DNA of 64,000 bases from an uncultured Bacteroidales bacterium. GTDB lineage: Bacteria; Bacteroidota; Bacteroidia; Bacteroidales; WCHB1-69. Shown piece after piece: positions 26,220 through 33,464 of this stretch. Location of the stretch: NCBI GenBank assembly GCA_947165685.1, contig CAMVBK010000003.1, forward strand, positions 39,299 to 103,298. Reading direction: 5' to 3'. Both the position numbers and the translations under genes were made by a program. Position 1 is the stretch's first letter, and every line of letters begins with the position of its first letter. Under the pieces are notes generated by a model that was not told the DNA's origin, did not search any database, and saw nothing but the letters and a program-made list of their open reading frames with translations.

Positions 26220-26581
26220 AACAATACATCTTCATTTTATTTTGGACATTAATTGGGGTATTCGTTTCTTCTGCTCAAGTCAGGATAGATTGCAATACAA
26301 AAGATTTGTATGATAATATTCAAGGCGTGTGGAGGCAAACTGATGGTTCTGGAAATGCTCTGGCAATAGTAGATAGCAATGCGTATTTTTTGTATGGCAC
26401 AGATCAAAGTGTTTGGCAAGATGATGTTGGAAACTTATTCAGCATAGTGAAAAATGACAAAGAAGAATCATTTTTTATATGGTGGTTAGATATGTTAGTT
26501 CAAGAATTTGTTTTGGAAAAAGATACATTGCTGCTGTTGGATTTTAAAGGACGTTCTGAAACGTATATTCGAATTAAGTAA
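26216..26581 (+). CDS. Putative immunity protein 3 (exported)
   Basis: GTG start overlaps the toxin stop (gtga). Signal peptide MKQYIFILFWTLIGVFVSSAQ. Confidence 0.5.
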   Translation: MKQYIFILFWTLIGVFVSSAQVRIDCNTKDLYDNIQGVWRQTDGSGNALAIVDSNAYFLYGTDQSVWQDDVGNLFSIVKNDKEESFFIWWLDMLVQEFVLEKDTLLLLDFKGRSETYIRIK

Positions 26582-26594
26582 AAACTATCGCGCC

Positions 26595-27517
26595 ATGAAT
26601 TTCACGACCACATACCCGCCAAAATCCTCCCGTTCCGCTATGGGGGTATATTGGTATTTCTTCAACGGGCAGGAGGCTGATAATGAGGTGCTTGGAGAGG
26701 GGCGAGTTTGACCGCGGAATTCTGGCAGTACGACACGAGGCTGGGCCGGAGGTGGAATGTGGACCCTGTTTTCAAGGAGTATGAAAGTCCGTATGCGTGC
26801 TTTGCAGGGAACCCGGTGTGGTTTGCGGATCCGAATGGAGACAGTAGTGTTGTTGATGCTAAAGGGTACATGATTTATTATGATGAGAACGACAAGGATT
26901 TGCGAGTTTTCATTAATGAGAACGGTAAGTTAAGACAAATTGGAGAATTAGGAAAGACAATTGAAGCAGACACTTGGTTCGCTAATTTGCTAAAAGAAAA
27001 TGCTGCCGCCGCGAAAGATTCTTGGAATCCTGTTAGCTTCAGGAACAAAGTGAAGCAGTATGGTGAGTGGGATTATAAATATGCTAGTAAAGGCAATAAA
27101 GAAAATGAGAACATCCGTTATCACTTGTTAGGCATTGCCTTTTACAGAAAAGACAAAAACAACAAGGACGCTGATTTGCCAGAGACCTATTTCTCGTTTA
27201 ATGGAATGATAGGAAGAGCCGAAGATTTGAACAACTTTCACTTTGGTGTTGTTGGCAAAGCATTCGGATGGTTCCCTGAGACCTTTATGCTAAAACAGGC
27301 TGGAAAAGCCGAAATGGATAAATGGGCGGAAGAAGGGCGGACTGTTCCTGCTGAATGGACCCCAAGAATAGAAGTTATCAAATTTCGAGGCGGAATGATA
27401 CCAACCTCTTATACCACAACAAAGTTACTGCCTCCTTACGGGGATAACCCTATTGACCATGAGTGGATAAAACGCGGATTTGAATATTATAATAATATGA
27501 CACTATCAAATGACTGA
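26595..27517 (+). pseudogene. Orphan RHS C-terminal module 3, frameshifted
   Basis: MNFTTTYPPKSSRSAMGVYWYFFNGQEADNEVLGEG stops at 26709-26711. The core continues in another frame (AEFWQYDTRLGRRWNVDPV...FADPNGDS). Compared with orphan 1, 1 nt is missing near 26697-26702. Confidence 0.7.
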
Positions 27518-27520
27518 AAG

Positions 27521-28132
27521 ATGAACCGTATCCCACGTATAATCGTCCTATCAATTCTGATTGTCATAGGTGTCGTAGGTGTAGCTTATGTGGCAATTAT
27601 GGCGTATATACACTATGATGTGTTCGGAAAAAGTCCGTCGTATGAAGGGACCAGACAAAATTTCATCAATAATGAGTTATATTTTCAGAAGACAGAAGAT
27701 TGTTTTCAGAAAATTTTCCAATGCTGTTCTTCCGTCGATTCAACAATGGAACTCATTAGATTCACTATTGACAATTCTAGCAACAATTTTGTGTTTTTTC
27801 AATATTTTTCGATAGAAGACAGAAGGCAACTTCTATTCCCGATTAGGGATTCTGGTCTTGAAATAAGCCAAAATCAAAAAGAAACATTGCAGTCCAACGG
27901 CATCACTCCTCAAATGATAGAAACACTTTATTCTAATCTAAAAAAAACAAATTGTCGTTCGGTGGAGAAAGATAAACTAAATTCTAACAACACGATATTT
28001 ATGACTTTTAAAATACTCGATTATTGTTCTATTCAATATATGTTTTATCCTCAACCTTTTGAAGAAGATTCCATTAAGAGTCATATCTCCAACACGCCAC
28101 TCGGTCGGCGAGTAAGGATCTATGTCGAATAA
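27521..28132 (+). CDS. Putative immunity protein 4 (N-terminal membrane anchor)
   Basis: Starts 3 nt after the toxin stop. TM helix IIVLSILIVIGVVGVAYVAIMAY. Confidence 0.45.
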   Translation: MNRIPRIIVLSILIVIGVVGVAYVAIMAYIHYDVFGKSPSYEGTRQNFINNELYFQKTEDCFQKIFQCCSSVDSTMELIRFTIDNSSNNFVFFQYFSIEDRRQLLFPIRDSGLEISQNQKETLQSNGITPQMIETLYSNLKKTNCRSVEKDKLNSNNTIFMTFKILDYCSIQYMFYPQPFEEDSIKSHISNTPLGRRVRIYVE

Positions 28133-28181
28133 TTCCACAAATGTTGTCCAAGTTGTCCAAGTTGTCTTTCTAAATAAATTG

Positions 28182-28189
28182 TATCTTTG
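28182..28189 (+). promoter_or_regulatory. -7 promoter box TAtcTTTG for ATPase copy 2
   Basis: Lies 19 nt upstream of ATG 28209. Confidence 0.45.
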
Positions 28190-28208
28190 CGGCAAAAATT
28201 TTGTCATT

Positions 28209-29753
28209 ATGAAATACCCCATCGGTATACAGACATTCGCCGAAATTATCGACAAAGGATACGTCTATATAGATAAAACGGCATTGGTGTATAAACTGGC
28301 CAACAGCGGATGCTACTATTCCCTGCATCGTCCCCGCAGGTTCGGCAAGAGTCTGCTGATCACCACGTTGGAGGCCTACTTCCAAGGCCGAAAGGAATTG
28401 TTCGACGGACTGGCCATCAGCAAGTTAGAGACCGAGTGGAACCCGTATCCCGTGTTTCATATAGACCTCAACGCCGCCGACTACAGAAGCGAGGAAGCCC
28501 TGGTCTCTATCCTTGACGGGCATCTGCGACGTTTTGAAGAAACCTACGGAAAACAACCGGCGGAAGACACTCTTTCCGAACGATTCAAAGGCGTCATCCG
28601 CCGCACCTGCGAACAAGCCGGCAGGCAGGTGGTGATTCTGGTGGATGAGTACGACAAGCCGCTGTTGCAGGCCATCGGCGACGAGAAACTTCAGGACGAC
28701 TACCGCAAGATTCTGAAAGGTTTCTACGGGGTGGTCAAGACCATGGATGCGTGTATCCGTCTCGCCTTCTTCACCGGTGTGACCAAGTTCTCGAAAGTGA
28801 GCGTGTTTAGTGATCTTAACAACCTGAAAGACATTTCGTTGGACAACAGGTATGCTGAGATTTGCGGTATCACGGAGAAAGAAATCCATGACAACATTGA
28901 CGCGGAGGTGGAAAGCATGGCCTCGGCTAACGGGATGAGCAAGGACGAGTGCTATGAGAAACTGAAAAAACAGTACGACGGCTACCATTTCAGCAAGAAC
29001 GGCACAGGAATGTACAATCCTTTCAGCCTGCTTAACGCGCTTGACAGCCAAGAGTTCGGCGACCAGTGGTTCCAGTCAGGTACGCCCACATTCTTAGTGG
29101 AGGTGATGAAGCGCAACCACTATGACCTGGAACAGCTCGCCCGCGAGGAGGCCACGGCCGACCTGTTGGGCAGTCTGGATGCCATCGACACCAACCCGAT
29201 CCCGCTGCTTTATCAGAGCGGCTATCTCACCATAAAAGGCTATGACCCTGAGTTTTGCACCTATCGACTGGGGTTCCCAAACCAAGAGGTGGAACGAGGC
29301 TTTTCCCGTTTTCTATTCCGATACTACACCCCTGCTTCCCAAGGACAGGGCAGCTTTGTAAAGGATTTCGTCTTGGCGGCGCGAGCCGGCCAGACCGACG
29401 AGTTCATGAAACGGCTGGAGACATTATTCGCCGGACAAGACTACCAGATAGCGGGTGACGCGGAGCTCTACTTCCACAACGCCGTCGCGCTCATCTTCAA
29501 GATGGTGGGCTTCTACACGGAGACCGAGCGGCACACTTCCGACGGCCGCATGGACATGGTGGTGCAGACCGCCGACTACATCTACCTGTTCGAGTTCAAG
29601 TTAGACAAATCCGTCGAAGAGGCGCTGGCGCAGATCGAAGAGAGGCAATACGCCGCGCCGTTCGCCCACGACCCGCGCAAGCTCTACAAGATCGGAGTGA
29701 ACTTCTCCTCTGAAACCCGCAAGATTCAGGACTGGAAAGTGGTGGAGCGGTAA
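28209..29753 (+). CDS. AAA-ATPase-like / PD-(D/E)XK nuclease family protein (DUF1703-type), copy 2
   Basis: Colinear with copy 1 and starts with the same MKYPIGIQTF. The 28122 start of the ORF track was rejected because it runs through the promoter box. Confidence 0.8.
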   Translation: MKYPIGIQTFAEIIDKGYVYIDKTALVYKLANSGCYYSLHRPRRFGKSLLITTLEAYFQGRKELFDGLAISKLETEWNPYPVFHIDLNAADYRSEEALVSILDGHLRRFEETYGKQPAEDTLSERFKGVIRRTCEQAGRQVVILVDEYDKPLLQAIGDEKLQDDYRKILKGFYGVVKTMDACIRLAFFTGVTKFSKVSVFSDLNNLKDISLDNRYAEICGITEKEIHDNIDAEVESMASANGMSKDECYEKLKKQYDGYHFSKNGTGMYNPFSLLNALDSQEFGDQWFQSGTPTFLVEVMKRNHYDLEQLAREEATADLLGSLDAIDTNPIPLLYQSGYLTIKGYDPEFCTYRLGFPNQEVERGFSRFLFRYYTPASQGQGSFVKDFVLAARAGQTDEFMKRLETLFAGQDYQIAGDAELYFHNAVALIFKMVGFYTETERHTSDGRMDMVVQTADYIYLFEFKLDKSVEEALAQIEERQYAAPFAHDPRKLYKIGVNFSSETRKIQDWKVVER

Positions 29754-29833
29754 AAGTTTGTCATCGCGCCAAGACTCCCACAATCACTGAGCGTGGACAA
29801 CTTCTGTTTTCAGACCTGCAAGGCCAGAATCCC

Positions 29834-32800
29834 TTATTTCAGCTTCTTCGACTGCTCCTTCAACTGCTTGGTGAGTTTGGCAATCTCGGCGGTGTTGGCG
29901 GCCTTGTCCTTTCCGAGGATCTCGATGAGCTGGGCGAGGGCGGCAACGTAGGCAGCGGAGACTTCGCCGGACTCAATCTTCTCACCGTATTCGATGGCCG
30001 TGCGGAGGTTCTGGATGGCCTTCTCCTCGTTGTTGACCTCCTGATAGACTACCCCCTTGAGGAAGTAATTTTGGATGATGTCGTCCTCCACTTCGGCCTT
30101 GTACTCGCTGTTGTAGAGCATCAGCAGCAGCTCGTTGGATTTGTCGAAGTAGTCTTGTGCAGATGGGACCATGTCGAGTTTGTAGAAGAGGGCGCCGTTG
30201 TTACGGTATTGCACGGCGGTGCGGTAGGTCAGGTTCACGTCGCCGTCGTTGTTGAGTTCCTTCATCAGGTCGATGAGGGTGTCGCGGGTGTCGATAGCGC
30301 GGTAGTACCAGTTCTCGGAATGGGCGGTGTCCACCTCCTCGGCCATCATCTCGTAGCAGGATGCCAGCTTCGAATAGACCTCGGCCATGTTCCCTTGGTA
30401 GGTGCTCATAGCCGTGTCTTTGAACATGAACTCGTTGATGTTCAGGCAGTCTTTGTAGAGGTCGATGGCCTGCTGCACGGAGTCGTTATCGACATAGACG
30501 CGGGCGAGGTTGAACAGGCTGCGCAAGTAGGGGAGGTCCACCTCCTCGCCGGCATCGTTCAGCTCGATGATGCCGTTGGTGATGTCGTGGGCGTAAGTCA
30601 GGGCCTCCTCCTTGGAGATGTTTTCGCTGCCGAGCATGATTTCCGCGTTCTGCACCAGTCCCACGGCATAGTCGCTGCCGTATTCATAGAACTTGCGGTA
30701 ATAGTCGGTAAGACCGGCGATGGTGCGGTAGTAGCCGGCGACATTCTTCTCTTCCTTGTAGAAGTCGCCCATGATGGACTTGGCGCGCTCGTAGGTTTTC
30801 AGCGGTATGCGGAGATCGGTGCCTTCGTAGCAGGCCACCGACTTCTCCACCATCTGGCGGCACTTCTTGAGATCCTTGTTCTGGGCAGCCACCACGGCTT
30901 TGCCCCAGTACATCTCGCCCATTGAGGCGTTGGCATCCGTGTAGCCCAAGGCCACTGCCTTCCTGAAGAGTTTTTCGGCCTGCTTGTACTCCTTTTCGGC
31001 GGCGGTCATGTCGCCGGTGGCCTTGCGCACGTCGCCGATGTAGTAGTGCACGTTGCCCTTCATGCGGATATACTGCGGCATCATGCTGGTGGGGATTTGC
31101 GACTCGAAGTCGAGGATTTTCTGGTAAGTCATTACCGCTTTGTCGTATTGGTTCTGGTAGAGGTGCGCATCGCCCATTTGCAGGTAGTTGCGCAGGTAGG
31201 GCTCCCACAGGTCGGGGTCGTTCGGGATGGCTTTTTCATAAAACTCGCAAGCCTGCATATAATAGCCCACGGCCTCGTCGTAGGCCTCCTCCTTGTAGAG
31301 CGACTCGGCCAGTCCGTTGGCGTATTCGGCCTTGCTCACGAGGAACTTCTGCGGGTCGTTTCCGGTCTGGATGCGCAGCAGCCGGTCGGTGAAATCGGTG
31401 AATTCATCAGTGAGTATGAACTGCTGGCTGGCGGTCAGATAGCCGTCAACCATGGCGTTGAAGCGCTGGTAGGTCCTGACGAAAGTCCCGGGGTAGAGGG
31501 CGTTCACGGCGTCGAAGCTGCGCTCGTAGCGGCGGAAGGCCTCCAAGGTCTTTTCATTGTCGCACTGCAGCATCAGGCAGGAGGCGAGCAACTGCGAGGC
31601 AACCTGCACGTTCTGCAGTGTGAAGAGGTCTGGGAAGTCCTTTGACAGGCTGGTCGCCACGTCGTTGAGTTGCCGGATAATCTCCATCCGGCGGTTCTCG
31701 CCACCCTCCATCTGCGGAGCCTCTTGCAGCCAGGCGAGGGCGGTCTCGGCCAGCTGGAGTTTCTGGAACAGGCTGGCGGTGTCGCGGTCGTAGTTCGCCT
31801 TGGCGGCGTTGTAAATCCCGTTGCACAGTTCAGACACGATGGAATCCGAGATATATTTCGGGAAATCCTTCACCATATTCAGCATGTGGCGATAGTTGTC
31901 GATAATCTCTTGGTTGTGAATGTAAGAATCTGATTCATAATGCTTCAGATATTGCTTCAGGTCGGTCTTGGAGGCCTCTATCGTGTGGGTGGCCGACACG
32001 CTGTCTTCTAAAAGGCTATAGACGGCGTAGAGGTTTTTCTGTAGCCAGTAGAGGTTGCCCAGCGTCTTGTAGTGCGGATAATCGTGGTAGGACTTCTGGC
32101 TCGCGTTCAGCTGCATTTCGGCAGTGGATTTCAGCATGGCCTTGTCCAATGGTGCCATATACTGCGCGGGTGAAGGCTGGAAGACGGTGGAGAAGCGTGG
32201 GTTGCGGTTCTTGGGCCGTTCAATTTGAGCGATAGAGTCCGCGAGGTTGTAATGCAGGTTGCCTCTCAGGTCGAGGATGTATTCAACTGCCGCATCTGGG
32301 TTGTAGTGGTTTTCGTACAGGAGGCGGGTGTAGTCGCTGAGCTGTCCGTCATCCTTGGTGCCGAGGTTCAGTTCCTTCAGTTTGCGGTACAGGGAAATCC
32401 ATTCGAGGTTCGCGCGGCTGTTGTCGGTGGTGTCGATTTGTCTCCTGACCATGGCCACTGCGCTATCGACATCGCCGGTGCGGAGCACGCGCAGCGCTTC
32501 GGCGAATTGCGGTTTCTCAAACATATAGCAGGAGTAACGGCTCACGTCGTTGTTCACGTCTATCCAGCGCCACCAAAGCTGGGTGCCGGTGCCCATGACC
32601 GCCGACACGAGGTCGTTGTCGAGAGTGAGCCCTTCGTCTGGATGATTGCGGATGGAGTCCTTCACTTTGTTGAGGTAGTCCATCACCGCATCGTCGTACC
32701 AGAAACGGTAGAACTGCACCGACAGGTCCTCCACTTCCTTGCGGTATTTGTCCCTTTCGGCCAGATAGTATTTGATGGTGTCCGTCGTTTGGAATTCGGT

Positions 32801-33079
32801 GTAGTAAGACTCCGGCGTGCGGCCAATCTGGACGTATCCGTCGAGTTTCCACTGTTCCAACGGCAGGTAGGCCCCTTTCTTGTCAACAGTGAGGTTGGCC
32901 ACGGCCACGCCCTTAGCATTGGTGGTGAGTTGCTGCCCGTAAAGCGAGGAGACGGCCCCCGCAATGGGTTGCCTGGTGTCGAAGTCCAGCACTTGATATA
33001 CCTGTTTGACCTGGGCGGAGGCGGTCATCGCCAGCGCTGAAAGTGCCAACACTATGATTGCTTTTGCCATGTTTTTCAT
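29834..33079 (-). CDS. Large exported TPR-repeat protein
   Basis: 1081 aa. Signal peptide MKNMAKAIIVLALSALAMTASAQ. Many TPR-like A..Y..A / Y..G.Y.eA units. Confidence 0.65.
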   Translation of the reverse strand: MKNMAKAIIVLALSALAMTASAQVKQVYQVLDFDTRQPIAGAVSSLYGQQLTTNAKGVAVANLTVDKKGAYLPLEQWKLDGYVQIGRTPESYYTEFQTTDTIKYYLAERDKYRKEVEDLSVQFYRFWYDDAVMDYLNKVKDSIRNHPDEGLTLDNDLVSAVMGTGTQLWWRWIDVNNDVSRYSCYMFEKPQFAEALRVLRTGDVDSAVAMVRRQIDTTDNSRANLEWISLYRKLKELNLGTKDDGQLSDYTRLLYENHYNPDAAVEYILDLRGNLHYNLADSIAQIERPKNRNPRFSTVFQPSPAQYMAPLDKAMLKSTAEMQLNASQKSYHDYPHYKTLGNLYWLQKNLYAVYSLLEDSVSATHTIEASKTDLKQYLKHYESDSYIHNQEIIDNYRHMLNMVKDFPKYISDSIVSELCNGIYNAAKANYDRDTASLFQKLQLAETALAWLQEAPQMEGGENRRMEIIRQLNDVATSLSKDFPDLFTLQNVQVASQLLASCLMLQCDNEKTLEAFRRYERSFDAVNALYPGTFVRTYQRFNAMVDGYLTASQQFILTDEFTDFTDRLLRIQTGNDPQKFLVSKAEYANGLAESLYKEEAYDEAVGYYMQACEFYEKAIPNDPDLWEPYLRNYLQMGDAHLYQNQYDKAVMTYQKILDFESQIPTSMMPQYIRMKGNVHYYIGDVRKATGDMTAAEKEYKQAEKLFRKAVALGYTDANASMGEMYWGKAVVAAQNKDLKKCRQMVEKSVACYEGTDLRIPLKTYERAKSIMGDFYKEEKNVAGYYRTIAGLTDYYRKFYEYGSDYAVGLVQNAEIMLGSENISKEEALTYAHDITNGIIELNDAGEEVDLPYLRSLFNLARVYVDNDSVQQAIDLYKDCLNINEFMFKDTAMSTYQGNMAEVYSKLASCYEMMAEEVDTAHSENWYYRAIDTRDTLIDLMKELNNDGDVNLTYRTAVQYRNNGALFYKLDMVPSAQDYFDKSNELLLMLYNSEYKAEVEDDIIQNYFLKGVVYQEVNNEEKAIQNLRTAIEYGEKIESGEVSAAYVAALAQLIEILGKDKAANTAEIAKLTKQLKEQSKKLK

Positions 33080-33093
33080 ATCGACGTGTTTTT

Positions 33094-33115
33094 AATGTAC
33101 AATGTATAATGTATA
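33094..33115. repeat. Left arm of the inverted repeat flanking the four-helix-bundle gene
   Basis: aatgtacaatgtataatgtata. Its reverse complement matches 33443-33462 over 20 nt. Confidence 0.85.
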
Positions 33116-33120
33116 GGGGG

Positions 33121-33384
33121 TTATTGATGCGTTTGTCTGGATTTAGTTTCTTTTTTCAAGGATTCGCGTGCAGACTTGATGATGGATATGTTCATTTTGG
33201 CAATAAACGCAGCCTTGGACTGTGCCAGCGACGCTTCCTTTGCATTCGCACCAATGCTCAATCCCGAACGCACTATTTGTTTCGAAATGACAAACTCCTT
33301 TTTCTCCTTCTGCAAATATTCGTACAACCTAATCATTCTCAAAGCAAACGCCTTGCTCTTTCCCAAAATCAAATTCTCTCTCAT
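33121..33384 (-). CDS. Four-helix-bundle protein (23S rRNA intervening-sequence protein family), probably C-terminally truncated
   Basis: MRENLILGKSKAFALRMIRLYEYL....SKQIVRSGLSIGANAKEA...SK..FIAKMNIS...ARES matches this family. At 87 aa it lacks the usual ETxYWL end. Confidence 0.7.
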   Translation of the reverse strand: MRENLILGKSKAFALRMIRLYEYLQKEKKEFVISKQIVRSGLSIGANAKEASLAQSKAAFIAKMNISIIKSARESLKKETKSRQTHQ

Positions 33385-33440
33385 TTCTCAAACCTTTTAG
33401 TTTTTTACAAGCCAAACATTGAACATTGCTCATTATTCAC

Positions 33441-33462
33441 TGTACATTATACATTGTACATT
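33441..33462. repeat. Right arm of the inverted repeat
   Basis: tgtacattatacattgtacatt. Confidence 0.85.
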
Positions 33463-33464
33463 GA

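Noticed and set aside
28122-28208. The extended N-terminus (MSNNSTNVVQVVQVVFLNKLYLCGKNFVI) of ATPase copy 2 given by the ORF track.
   Set aside because: The extension runs through the TAtcTTTG promoter box and a repeat (gttgtccaagttgtccaagttgtc). Copy 1 starts at the conserved MKYPIGIQTF, so ATG 28209 was adopted.
17380-29753. Interpreting the island as a transposon, ICE or prophage.
   Set aside because: I recognised no transposase, integrase, relaxase or phage structural gene. The boundaries are paralogous ATPase genes, not IS-type terminal repeats.
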